Below, piece by piece: positions 25,721-38,824 of a stretch of 64,000 nucleotides of DNA (positions are counted from its first letter, which is position 1; every line of letters starts with the position of its first letter). The stretch covers positions 3,286,001-3,350,000 of the forward strand of contig JAWMAR010000023.1 of NCBI GenBank assembly GCA_036785375.1, read 5' to 3'. The translations under genes and the position numbers were made by a program. The notes beneath the pieces were generated by a model. It had not been told where the DNA came from. It searched no databases and saw only the letters and a list, made by a program, of their open reading frames with translations. Origin of the DNA: Leucoraja ocellata. Its lineage: Eukaryota.

Positions 25721-26379
25721 ATGAGTGTCATGTTAACTGATCTTAGTTTGGGTAACACTGGAGAAACATACAATTCATTCAATGTTTGTGGGCAATGAAT
25801 CATAAATAAAATGAACCAGGGTTCATGTTTCTAATTGCTATCCAACGATTATTTAATGTATACAAGTGTAAAGAGAAGCTAGACACATGCTTATACTACT
25901 TACAATCACTGTTGCTATAAAAAATATACAGTATTATACCAACTTTGGCAAAACACCACGGAATGCTTTTATATCCCAGCAGGAGTCACTGTTTCAAAAG
26001 AAATATTTGAGAAAATTTGGAAAAGTGAAAGTGGGAAGAAAAAGTGTCTTGATTGTAGATTTGTGATATCCCAGCAAATCTTTAATTGTTCACAGGTGCT
26101 GATGGATCTGCTTGCTTTGTGTTAGTGATTGTGCATGCTTGTTAAGAAGGCTGCAAAATTGACCTCCTAAGTGTCTGTTTCCTTGATGTTATGGCTGTTG
26201 ATTGGCCTTCACTTCAGTGCATTGCCCAAACACATCAGATGTATCATTCATCAACTTATTTCTTGTGTAATTGTTGATTTAATATCAGTAATATTAATTT
26301 ATTCCATGAAAATATGATGAAAGCATTGGTTCACTTTGTGTTAGCGCATTGTTTCTTTGATGCACTTTGCTCATCGATG

Positions 26380-26980
26380 TAATCACAAAAAAAGTTCATC
26401 AATGCCTCTACTTCCTCAGACATATGAGGATATTCGGCATGTGGCCGAATATCTATCGAACTTCTGCAGCAGTACGGTGGAGAACATACTGACTTGTTGC
26501 ATACTGGTTCAGTAACTCGGACAAAGGCACAAGAATGAAGGAGGCTGCAGAAAGTAGAGAATATTGCTCAGTCCCTTGGGCATTGGCCTCCTCATCATCA
26601 TAGGGATCTACAGGAAGGGCTGCCTCGGTAAGACAGCTAATATCATCAAAGATCCACATCATTCCATCTGCACTCTCTTCTTCTACTACCTTCAGAATGA
26701 AGGTAAAGGAGATTGGAAACCATAACCACCAGGTTCAAGAACAGATTCTTCTCAGCAACCATTGTGCCCCTGCACAACTGTAAGCAAAACCCTACCTCTG
26801 CATTGAGCTACGATAAACTTTGTTTAGATGGCACTCTATACTTTAGTTTGCACTATTATGGCCTGGTTACCTAGAATTACTGATAATGTATTGTATTTTT
26901 GATTTATTGTATTATTGATTTCTGTACATTTATTAATTGTCTTGTGTCAATGTTTGTGTGAAGCTGCAGCAGGTAAACAA
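26380..26980 (+). mobile_element. Degenerate Rex1/Babar 3' fragment
   Basis: Similar to 5600-6170 (CAATGCCTCTACTTCCTCAGA, TRFKNRFF-like). Confidence 0.65.
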
Positions 26981-29069
26981 TTAATTGGATCAGGCCTTAT
27001 CCACAGTGAATATTCGAAATCCACTTCTCCTGTCCTAACTTGACAGAGGAGTGATACTACTGCTAACTTCATTTGTCCAAATTAAGCTCTTTGGAAAACA
27101 GCCACATATTGTAACACACCTGCAGTTACTCAACAGGTCCCGAATTTGCCTTGCCAGTGACAGTCAAGGTAATGCTGATTCTGAATTTTCATGCCTATGG
27201 CTCTTTCCAAACTGGTGCTGAGCCAAGTGACTTCTTCAAGTTTGCAGTGTATTGCTGCGTAAGGAAGATTATGGCAGTGCCCAACAAAAGGATAGATGAG
27301 TTCATTTTCATCTATTTGGGTAAAACCTTCAGGCAGAGAGAACAGAGTTTCATGCTACATGGTGGCTAGGATGTGGGATTTAATCATGCTTTTGTTGATC
27401 TTGACCAAGCCTGAAGTTGTGTCTATGCCTTCATGTTATTAAGGTTTCACTGCTGCTTTAAAACTTGATTATGATCTCCTCCTCCCCACTACTCCCACAC
27501 AATATCCCCATCCCCTCAGAGCCCCATACCTCTAACCACAGCTGTTGTGCTGTGGCCTGCAATGAATCAATGAATCTTGCACAAGAATCTTTTCCTCTGT
27601 CTTATCAACCTAGATATTCAGGGCCAAGGCTTAAAATTCAGAAACATGCTCTAATCTGTGCTCCTCCGTGGCATCCATCCAGCTCACAACGTTCATGGAA
27701 TGACTTCCACATGTGGTCACAGGGAATTTGGATTTCCACTTTAAGTGGCAATGATGCAAGTTTAATCAGTACTAACTTTTTTCAGTTGCTGCTAGCTGCC
27801 CACACCATTGGATTTCACAGCCGTGCACCTAAGTTTGTCACAGTGCAATTGGTGGTTGACACCAAGATTGTGATGATGATAGGACTAGCAATTTTGAATC
27901 CAGGTGAATCCAAGACCAACAGGCCACAGGCATAGGTGGATCCACACCCGTGTTCCCAATGCTATGGTAGACACAACTCCCCCACAGCCTTTAATTTTAA
28001 CGAAAGACTTTAATGAAATATAGGTCATGCAATAATGCAAGCAATATATGTCCTTGTGCAGTGCAAGAAAACATAAAATACAAATCAGGCACACTGACAT
28101 CGATCTTGGTTTTCTACTCCCTTTGTTTGGTGCTGGTAGACAGGAGCAGAATTTCAACCTCTTTATAAAGGATGTTGGATTCGTATGCAAGCTCGGCTGA
28201 ATCCAACACCTGTTTAAACATTAATGAAGTCATACATAGACATTGAATGTTGCTTTATCTCAGAGGGTCACCATTGTTCACATGCTAATGTATTCATGAG
28301 AGTAAGGAGGGTAATTTACATTTAAAGCTAATCGTGAAAAGGTGTGTTGGTATATAAAATTCAGATTGACAAAATTATGTAATGCATTTTAATCAAGGTA
28401 ATAATATATCCAATTAACATGATCAGCTACATTTATATGTAACATAAAAAGTTACATACAAATTATTTAATAAAATGAAATAAAAATTTGTTAATATGCA
28501 CACACACTGATTCCACGTTGTGGACGTGAGTAATAAGTTTATAACTAGAAGACTAAGTTAAATGAAAAACTTACAAAATGATGTTCAAGCAATTTATGGA
28601 TACTATTATTATTGTCATTATGCCTGCACTTGTTATAATCTTTTGATGTGTCTCCTCTCTGTGGCGTCGTGATCTCAGAATATGTGCAGCTAGAGTTCAT
28701 GGTATGTACTGTTGGAAAATGAATGTCAAAAGACAGCAGGATTTTCACATATATATATTTTTTTAATGTGAACTCCCTCCTTTGTTCAATGATTTCAAAA
28801 CTTTTATATTTCTCCCACCTCCTACCAATTAAACTGAAATGGGAACAATTAGCAGAAACAACCAATGAGTTTCCTCAAGTTGCTAAGCAACAATACACAT
28901 ACTATGACATATACTATGATTGGCTTCAGGTTTCAGATTCCTTTCTTTGCAAATGTTATCATGAAGATTATTCTGGCACTCACCTTGATTGCAATATACA
29001 TGGACTCAATTGGATATAAATATAATCCACTTAGATACCGACAATAGTGGCTAGGTTTGCATATGCTAT

Positions 29070-30670
29070 GAGGGGTTACAAAGTGAAGTCATGCAGAATT
29101 CCTAGCAACGCACATTCCTCCTTGACAAACTCAATGTGTTCTATGCTCGTTTTGAACAGAAGATCGGCGGAATGACAACACTCATCCCAACAGCCGTGGG
29201 TGTACCTGTACCCACGGTCACCATTGCAGTGGAAGGCAACTGGCCAGAATGGAGTCCCTGCAGGAGTATTGACAGAGTTCTTTAACCAGTCCCTACTCCA
29301 ATCTGAGGTTCCCACCTGTTTTAAGAAAACCATTATCACCTCAATGACATAAGTAAGACAAGGTAGTATGCCTTAGTGACATCCACCATTACAAAGTGCC
29401 TCAAGAGCCTAGACATGGCATCCATTGACTCAGCATCCAGGACCACCTTGATCCACTGCACCTGGTCCATGGCAGATGACATCTCCCACTCAACCCTGGA
29501 ACATCAACATCTGCATAACGTGTACACTGATGCCAGGCTCCTATTTATTGACCATAGCTCTACCGTGAAGACCATCATTACAATCAAATTCATCTCCATG
29601 CATCTGGACCTAGGAGTCAGCAAACCACACTGCAACTGGATGCATAACATGCTGACACTTAGACCGCAATCAGTAAGCATAGGTGACAAAGTATCCTCCA
29701 CATAATGCTCGACACCAGTATCCCACAAGGCTACTTTCTCAACTGCATACCAATACGCTCACGACTGTACAGTCAAATTCTGCTCTAACTCTATTTTCAG
29801 ATGATACTACTGTGATGAATGAGCCAGTTCTCAAACAATGATGAGAGCGAGTACAGGAAAACACATAAGACATCAAAGTGAAGGAGTTAGACATTCACTT
29901 CAGGAAGCATCAGTCTGTATCCATGGTGCCAAAGTGGAGATGGTCGAGAGCTTCAAGTCCTTTGGTGCTAACATCACCAATAATTTGTCCTGGTCCACTC
30001 ACATTGACACTGTGGTTAAGAAAACGTACCATGCCTCTTCTTCCTCAGAAGCCGAAAGAAATTTGACCTGCCTCCAATGACATACCAATTTCAAGAGTCT
30101 AGAGTGTTTGATTGCAATATATGTCCCAGATAGAACAATGAAATTCTTACTTGCAGTAGCAATTTCTACGGATACACACCATAGAAAGCTTCCTATGAAG
30201 ATGCTTGACAGCTTGGTTTGACAACTGTTCTGCCAAGACTGCAACAAATTAAATATAGCCCAGCCCATCATGTAAATCAGCCTCCTCCACCAACTACCCC
30301 ACCCCTTTCCATTAAATCATTCTACACATCACGCTGCCTCCGAAAAGCAACCAACATAATCAAGGTCACTCACACACTACTAATTCTCCCTTTTCCCCTC
30401 TCCTGCTGGGAAGAGGAATACAAAAGCTCAAACACACATACCACCAGATTCAAGAGTAGCTTCTTTCCCACTGCTATCAGACTCCTGAATGCATCTCTCA
30501 TATGCTACCTCTCTCATATCTCTGTAGATGTGACACAATGTTCTGCACTCTGTTTATTTTTTTCCTTTGCTCTACCTGATGTACTCATGTATGGTATGAT
30601 TTGCCTGGATAGCTGCAAAACCATTTTTTTTGTGCTGCATCTTGGTACATTTGACCAGAATAAACCAATA
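29070..30670 (+). mobile_element. Highly degenerate Rex1/Babar LINE
   Basis: ARLLFIDHSSTVKTII, CNWMHNMLTLRPQSVSIG, VEMVESFK..NLSWSTHID, HTTRFKSSFFPTAIRLLN. Confidence 0.8.
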
Positions 30671-30832
30671 TCAAATTAATATCAAAGACAGCGATCATTT
30701 AAATGAAAACAGGTTTTCTTTAGCAAAATTGATTTTTAAAATAGCATACAGTTAGGTTATCAAAGGGTTCCTGATGGATTAATGCTTTACTGATCTAGCT
30801 CATGACAGCATTCCAAAATCAGGGAAGTAGAT

Positions 30833-30948
30833 GTGTAAGAAGAAACTACTGGTTTAAACCGAAGATAGACACAAAAAGCTGGAGTAACTCAGTGGCAGCA
30901 ACTCTGGAGAGAAGGAATGGATGATGTTTTGGGTCGAGACCCTTCTTC
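30833..30948 (-). mobile_element. Short Penelope-derived pseudo-LTR element
   Basis: CTGAAGAAGGGTCTCGACCC on -; flanks CAGGGA(A/T)GTAGAT. Confidence 0.65.
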
Positions 30949-32365
30949 AGGGATGTAGATAGACTGAGCTCCCAATCCTAATTACCTCCCAGTGATTTAT
31001 TGAAAGACTAGGGTGAATATCAGGTGTGTTACGAATTGAAAACAACTCTAGCTTATCCAATCTTTTCATGGGTCAATTTTTCTAATTCTGACAACATCCT
31101 CATTAATCTCTACACCCTCTCCGATGCAATTACATATTTCCTGTAAAGTGGTGATCAGACCTCTACGCAGTATTCAAACCCTGGCTTAACAAGTGTTATA
31201 TTTGGTGCTCACATAAACAAGGGTCAAATTACTTACTGGTCAAATATTTAATTGATGGAACATTTGAGGAAGAAACATTAATGACATGTTGACATAATGA
31301 AAATATTATAAGTGAAATGCAAGGACCTGATTGGTTCCATGAGTGAAGATAATGCATACCCTGAAGCATAACTGCATATTATGTGAACAAAGCATATTTT
31401 GGAAAAAAAAGGTCTTACATAAACACATACATATTCTCTTGCACAGTTGCATCCGAAACGTATCTTCAGTCACTTTCTCCTCAGTACACTGTACCAGCCA
31501 TAACAACTCACCTTCATCTAGGAGCATAACCTCTAATATTATGTCATGGTTAATAAAGGAAAGCCTCCCAAAAATGCTTTTCCATGACAACTGTCCTACC
31601 ACCTTTTGAGGATCTGTGGACCTACACTGCAAGGTCGCTCTGTTTAACACCTCACAGAAGACTCCCATTTATCGGGTGTTCCCTTGCGCTGTTTTTCCTC
31701 CTGAAATGCGTTACTTCACACTTCTCCAGACTGAATTCCACTTGCAAATGCTTTCTTTCCTTCTTTTATTGTTGTTACATCCCAGATGTTCAACAAAAAA
31801 TCTTTACTCGATAGACCTGTGAAATGTATAAAGTAAAAAAATAACAATGTGTTAATCACACCAATTCAAGACAGACTGTTTACACTTCAGGGTGAGGAAG
31901 GAACAATTAAGCAATCTAAATGCAGCAAGCTATGTGGTGCATTTTCATAATACTCTGATAGATCACTTTGGGATCCATATCAATTCGATTATATACTGTG
32001 TCCTCAAGAAGATATCAGTGCTGATACCAGTTGAAACTATTGTTTGCAGAGACTTAGTGACACAGTAGTTTGGACACTGGTCTTTTGACTTGGCGTTCAT
32101 GATTCAAATGTAGTTAGATTGACGGGGTGAAATATTTTTCTAACAGCTGAAAAGTGAAGTTCCTTCATAAAATATAGTTATACTGGCCTTGAAGACAAAC
32201 TGATACTGTTTGAGAATGTTGCCAAGAAGCCCAAAAAGAACAAATATGGGAAACGGAAAAAACAATTTTACTTTGGGAAATTGCGAGAAACTATTATTAC
32301 GAATGAGATAACAAGACAGTTGGAAAATATCAACCGGATTGGATGAAGTTAACATGAGTGAGTGG

Positions 32366-32580
32366 TCAAGTCAAGTCAAGTCAAGTCAAGTCAAGTTTAT
32401 TCGTCACATACACATACGAGAGGTGCAGTGAAATGAAAAGTGGCAATGCTCGCGGACTTTGTGCAAAAAGACAAACAAACAAACAACCAAACAAACTATA
32501 AACACAATCATAAACACATACATATTCTTTTACATATTAAATATTGGAAGGAAAAACGTTCAGTAAAGTTAGTCCCTGGT
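32366..32580 (-). mobile_element. LINE 3' tail with (CTTGA)n microsatellite
   Basis: (GTCAA)6 followed by TTTATT; same tail type as the Rex1 copies. Confidence 0.55.
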
Positions 32581-32942
32581 GTTCCATTGAGCCAAACGCA
32601 GGCAAATGGGACTAACTTAGATAGGGCATCTTGGTTGGCACATATGAGTTGGGTCGAAGGGCTACGTTTTCCTTCTGTTCCTTGCCTTCATTGGGTTTTA
32701 GGTTTCCTACTATTTCTGGAAAGCTATTCAGGTGCTTCATACGTCATATACTTGACATACCACTTTAAATCTCATGGACTTGGTAAAGATTGAGTAAAAA
32801 TAAAGTCCATTCTGTTACTTTCCCTGTGAGGTTTAATGACTTCTGATAATGCTAAACAGCCAGATGATTTAAAAATAATTAAAGAGTGGAGAGGTTTGAC
32901 TGATGTTTCCCTCCCAAACCATGGATCATGAAGGATTATGTT

Positions 32943-33078
32943 CTTCTTCTTTCGTGTGGCGTGCACAGCCTAAAGTTGTTGGACAACTTGTTCTATTTGA
33001 TCTTCCGTTTGTGCACGTCGAGTTGATTGCATTAGTCGAAACAGGGCGGACCACGTGAAGGTTGCAATCTTCCACCCC
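32943..33078 (-). mobile_element. 136-bp non-autonomous retroelement (SINE-like) with a 5' HDV-like ribozyme and (GAA)n tail
   Basis: 12-bp TSD AAGGATTATGTT (32931-32942 and 33079-33090); 3' end CACGAAAGAAGAAG. Confidence 0.85.
33025..33078 (-). ncRNA. Minimal HDV-like self-cleaving ribozyme (54 nt)
   Basis: GGGGUGG AA GAUUGCA ACC UUCACGU GGU CCGCCCU G UUUCGA CUAA UGCAAUC = P1 (G1.U wobble), P2 7 bp, P3 3 bp, L3 UYCHCGY, tiny P4 with UUCG, J4/2 CUAA with the catalytic C. Confidence 0.8.
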
Positions 33079-34325
33079 AAGGATTATGTTACATGAATGG
33101 GATGAGCTGAGAAGAGACTGCAGATTGAAATTACATATTCTTGATGTACTATCCACTATGCTACATTCACCAAAGCCCAATAAAAGATTTGCAGGAACTG
33201 ATAAGCATTTTGACCATGGCATTTTGTGATGGAGGAATTGGCCTGGACTTCTATGTGATATTAGAAATGGGTTTTATGACATACAAAATAACATATCTGA
33301 ATGGTGTAAATATGATGTAGAGTCTGGTTGGAATGGCAGGAGGGGTGCTTATTGCGAGTTTAGAAGTCACAATGCTCCATGGATTTCCAGCAAACATCTT
33401 AAATCATTCTGAAATTTTGGACAAAATATCTACAAAATATATTACCTTTATTAGTATGGGATGGGCGACTTTATTCAGTTTATATCATTCTGACATTTAT
33501 TTGCTGAAAGTGCGTTGAGGCAGTCGAACACACATATGTGGAATAAATGGGATTTATTTCATACCTAAATATATATATATTTAAGTTGTTGATTATCCAT
33601 GAAAACAACTTTGCTTGATCACATCACCATTGTTCGAATTGCTTAAACAAAAATATCTCCCGCTCACGTTGTGTTGTGGCAGACTGATGATCTACAAAAC
33701 ACACAATAGCGTGTTGTGTAAAAAAACTACTGATGACTAATTTTGAGAATAAATGATATCGAATGAACTTTGGGGAAAAAAAACTCCTCCCTCTGCTTTG
33801 TAGATTTCACCGCGAATGATCTGTGAAACCAGTTATTGCATGTTTGTAGGCTGCTGTTGGAATCGGTGGGCAGTGTGCTGGTTCCTGGAAGAGCCCTGGG
33901 GGAGTCAGACGCATTCTTGGCTGAGATTCAATGCCTGACCTAGACGCCGACAAACAGAGGGGAGAAGGCAGTCTGAGCTGCAAGGTCGTATTGTGTGGAT
34001 GTGCTGGGTCTTCACGCTTGCAGATTGTGGAGCGCAGAGGAAAAAGGAAACAAAGTGCAGACTCTGAAACAAAATTGGGGACTGGATTTCGGGAGGACTT
34101 GTTTACTGACCGTCTGTTTGAAGAAATCTTTTTGAAAGAGCACGGTTGTGGGTATGTTTGAAGGCAAGAGTACTGCAGAAACACAGCACGCCTGAGAGAC
34201 TGGATTTCATGAGCTACTTTAATTCCGTCTGCGCTGGTGGGGCAAACTTGGACGCCGCGGCTTTTTAAAGAAGGGTTTATCTGATTTTTTTTACAAAACG
34301 GGTCTGCTTTTGGGGGTCCGGAATC

Positions 34326-35234
34326 ATGGAGACTCTACCAAGATCTAGTTTTCAGCCTCATCCAGGGCTCCAGCAAACCTTAAAGCAGTTTCATCTCAGC
34401 AGTATGAGTTCGCTCGGTGGCCCGGCGGCTTTTTCTGCCCGATGGGCTCAGGAGATGATGTACAAAAAGGAAACTGGGAAAGAAACGGATCAGATTATAC
34501 ATCTACCCATACAACCCCCTCCTGTAATGCCGGGCCCCCTCTTTATCCCTTCGGACCGATCAACGGAGAGATGCGAGACCATTCTGGAGGGGGAGACCAT
34601 TTCTTGTTTCGTAGTTGGTGGGGAAAAGAGGCTTTGCTTGCCTCAGATTCTAAACTCCGTCCTTAGAGATTTTTCTCTCCAGCAGATCAATTCGGTATGT
34701 GATGAATTGCATATTTACTGCTCTAGATGCACGGCAGACCAGCTGGAGATCCTGAAAGTCATGGGGATTTTGCCTTTCTCGGCTCCATCCTGTGGCTTGA
34801 TCACCAAGACAGACGCAGAGAGGCTTTGCAATGCTTTACTCTACGGAGGAACCTACCCTCCCCATTGCAAAAAAGAATTTTCCAGCACCATTGAGTTAGA
34901 GATCACGGAAAAAAGCTTCAAAGTGTACCACGAGTGTTTTGGGAAGTGCAAGGGACTCTTTGTGCCTGAGTTGTACGGCAACCCTCATGCTGCGTGCATC
35001 CAGTGTATGGACTGCAGGCTGATGTATCCTCCTCACAAATTTGTAGTGCACTCGCACAAATCATTAGAAAACAGAACCTGCCACTGGGGTTTCGATTCGG
35101 CCAACTGGAGAGCCTATGTTCTGTTGAGTCAGGATTACACCGGAAAAGAGGAGAAAACTCGATTGGAACAGTTGCTGGATGAAATAAAAGAGAGATTTGA
35201 CTACAGCAATAAATACAAAAGAAAAGCACCCAGG
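34326..35234 (+). CDS. SKI: SKI proto-oncogene (Smad transcriptional corepressor), first coding exon, 303 codons
   Basis: [26 protein letters not shown] (R-Smad-binding), Dachshund-homology domain ([28 protein letters not shown]), SAND-like Smad4-binding domain ([36 protein letters not shown]); phase-0 donor AGG|GTAAGC at 35234/35235. Confidence 0.96.
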
Positions 35235-38142
35235 GTAAGCATTTCTTACTTCAGACGCATCCCTTACTAAAGATAATAATAGTGGATGATTTCCCACTGT
35301 CGTGTAAAGGAAACTAGGTCACAATAACGTTAAATGTGCTTAATTAAAATATCTCAATTCAAGTTTTCTTTAAACCCATTACGGTGAGTCATGGGCTTGG
35401 TTTCTGCAACCCTTTCTGCAAAGTTTCTACATTTCACTACAAAAAAAGTCACATTATTTTCGGTTTCACAAGTAGCGAAACTGGACACGCTTGTACTGAA
35501 CATGGCAGTTTCAGTTAGGCAGTTTCTTGCATTTTGTTTAACATCAGCTCTGTAGAAAATAAGCATATATCTAAAAATACGTATTTTTCTTCGCTTGATG
35601 GGAACATTTTAAATCATGAATGATATCTTTAAATACTCGAAGGTGTGTATTTTAATCACTTCCCATTATAGATAATGACGTGCTAAGTTGAGGCATTAAG
35701 TTGACTACAGGCTGCTCAATATGCAGGTTTCTGAGCTGGGTGTGTTTCCCTCCTCACTAATATGTGGGAGGGGTTTTGCGCGATGTGTATAGGGAGAGCT
35801 GTCGGTTAACTCCGGGCATGTCCTGTGCAGAGCCACGCTTTATCCAATCCACATCCACCCAGCAGATCCCGAGGAGATTTCTTACCGAAGGGCTATTTAT
35901 AAAGCGAATTGGGAAGCTGCTTAAGTTGATTCAGTGTGAGCATAGTTGTGATCAGATTCGTACACTAGAAATTGCACACGCATTTGTACCGTCTTTGACT
36001 GGGGATACCCGATTCAAGGCGGTGAAACTTTGAAAGCATGCTATCGTTGTAGTTTAAAAGCCCCGAGTTCCGGTCAATTTCCCTTGGCTCACTTAAGATC
36101 TCGATGTTGAAGTAAAAAAAGACGTCCATCGGGTTGGAATTAATTACAATCTTTGTTTACGCGATGCCTTGTTTTATTGCATTTTTAGAATAGGGACTGG
36201 CGGATTCTGCGCTGATATGTAGCTGGGTAAAGGTTACGGTCGTGAACCCAAGACTGCCTCTTTTTTGAATGGAAAAGGGGTTCATTTGCATCAATTGTTA
36301 TGAATTAAATAAAAGCAGCGGAGCGGGTATACTTGGGACATTGTTTGACGAGTGCACTGTTTGACTTTCAATGGGCTAATTCATTCCCTTGCGCCTTTCG
36401 GGGGTTGCCACTCTTAAGACTGTGCATATTACACGGATAATTACAGAGCCTCTAGGAAACGAAAGCCAGCAGCTGAGGCAAAGAATGCGTCGGGTGTGTC
36501 ACTCATCACTTTTAGAAAACAACAGTATCCTAAAGGAGAGAGTTAACTTTAAAAAAATAATTAAGTTACTGCAGTGTATCTTCCATGTTTGAAAGATGTA
36601 ACTTTTAAAAGGGGTGAAGTTGTGATTTAAAGAAACCAAAGCGATCCATTTGCTTGAAAAGTAAAATATTATGCCTCTACATTAGTATTTCAAAACTGAG
36701 ACGCATCTTGTATACTTGTTCAAAAACATGCTATTAAATAACCCATTTATAAACGCGCGATTACGGGGAAATGAAGTATCCTTTGTGCCACCTAGCACAA
36801 CTGAACTTTGCACCCAGTTTTAATGGCCAGATATCTCCTCGGTTTTATAGGAAATTACTCATACAGAAAATTGTATGAAGAAATCAGTTACACCGTTTCT
36901 GTACCCTCCGTGTCCTTTCTGTACATTCATGCAATTTCATTTTGTTAGTGTGCAATCTTCAATTTGCTGTTTTGTAATTACAATTGAATCTCACCAGCTC
37001 ACACATTGCTGCACAACATCAGCCAGAAATTATGGGAAAATCACGTGCAATAAAGACAGGAAGTTGTGGCGAATGCGATTTGACTGGATATTGTGAAAGG
37101 ACAATGTTCAGAAGTGTTACAAAGCCTCGTGTTCAGACTTTGTCAATATTAGACTTGAGTTATCACTTTCACTTATTTAATATACTTCTAGCTCGATTAG
37201 AGTAGATGGATGTTGAAAATGATTTCCATCTATAGTTGTGAAATTTGATATTAGGAATAATTAACATTCCAATCATTTCCCAAGTCTTTTTTTGGTGCCT
37301 ATTTAATGCAGGGCCCAACGTTCAACAACAGTATTTCACACTTTATAGTATACATGCGGGCGTATATAGGAAGACAAAATTCCTGAAAAAAAACGCTGCA
37401 CATTTGAAATTAAAACAAAAAATGCTGAAAAAATTAAATAGGACATCTGTTTTCTGATGAAGGCTCCTTCCCTGAAACATTAATTGTTTCCTACTCCACA
37501 GATGCTGCCTGACTTGCTGAGTTTTCCCAATATTTTGTATCTAAATTAGAGATTTGAATAGTTTTGGTACCACATCTCTGAAAAAATGATATTTTGAATA
37601 AAGTGTGGCCTAGAGATTAATTATCCAGAAATTTTTTTTGTGCAGTACACATTTTAAGCTAAAGGTTTCTACATCTGTAAGTACTCAGGCGGGAAAGTTA
37701 AAAGAGACTTTTGAATGCTCTCTCACAGTTTGTCTTGTCTGCCTTAGCAAGCCTTTAATGTCTGGTTGTAAGAACAGATATACACCCAATAAGAGCTGTT
37801 TCATTGAGCAATGTGCCAGATGACCTGATGGAAGCTCATGTGCTCAGGCTCAGGGTGCTTGTGTGAACTCCCTCTTACAATTGACACGTGTCCAATCTGA
37901 TTAGTAAGGGTGTCAGTGTTATGGGGAGAAGGCAGGAGAATGGGGTTCAGAGGGAAAGAAAGATCAGCCATGATTGAATGGCGGAGTAGACATGAGATGG
38001 GCTGAATTGCCTAATTCTGCTCCTAGAACCTATGAGGTACCACCAGAACCATCTAAAAAGTCAAGAGTGGTTTATTGTCCTATGTCCCACATAAAACACT
38101 GAAATTCTTACTTGCAGCAGCGCAACAGAATATGTAGACATG

Positions 38143-38265
38143 AAAGACAGACACAAAATGCTGGAGTAACTCAGTAACTCAGCGGGACCGGCAGCATCCC
38201 GCTGAGTTACTCCAGCATTTTGTATCTATCTTCCATGTAAACCAGCACCTGCAGTTACTTCCTAC
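38143..38265. mobile_element. Fold-back Penelope-derived short element inside a LINE tail
   Basis: ACAAAATGCTGGAGTAACTCAG / CTGAGTTACTCCAGCATTTTGT arms; flanks ACAGAATA(T/C)GTA. Confidence 0.65.
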
Positions 38266-38554
38266 ACAGAATACGTAAGCATAGTACTCTATAAACAATA
38301 TTAATAAGCGAGAAAAAAAGTTCAGTGTGTGTGTGTGTAAACATATACATATATATCCCGTCATCGTAGTATTTTAGTATCGGTGTTTTGAGATTCCACA
38401 TTTTCCAACCTTTGGGTCTGTTGTTCAGGAGGTTTTGTTCGTGCTGTGAAAATGTGTCATATATGCCCTCTGCCCGATGTTCGCGGTGAAAGTCAAAGTT
38501 GATTTTAAGCATAAACTCGCCGCCCGGTTTGAGGGGGGCACCGGGCGGCCTTTG

Positions 38555-38705
38555 GGGAGCGCGGTTGCCGTGGTGACGGCGGGAGCGCGGGGTCGTTGGT
38601 GGCGGGCGCGCGGGGGCGTTGGTGGCGGGAGCGCGGGGGCGTTGGTGGCGGGAGCGCGGTGTCGTTGGTGGCGGGAGCGTGGGGTCGTTGGTGGTGGGCG
38701 GGCTG
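38555..38705. repeat. GC-rich minisatellite (~23-bp unit GGTGGCGGGAGCGCGGGGTCGTT)
   Basis: About six degenerate tandem copies. Confidence 0.85.
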
Positions 38706-38824
38706 TCGCCACCCCCCTCACTAAACACGTCAGGAAGGCTTGAGTATTTGTTTTTTAAAAAGTGCTTTGGAGCTCCTTTTTGAAGTGTCAAAGATAGTGG
38801 AAGCGTTTATATAGCAAGAAGGGA

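Noticed and set aside
27465-27935. 156-aa ORF
   Set aside because: Non-ATG start, no domain similarity, no clear splice context
34326-35270. Single-exon 314-aa gene, or SKIL/SKOR identity
   Set aside because: Canonical donor at 35235 at the expected SKI exon 1 boundary; the short N-terminus directly before the [19 protein letters not shown] motif fits SKI, not SKIL or SKOR
38255-38791. 178-aa Pro/Thr/Arg-rich ORF
   Set aside because: Translation of a minisatellite
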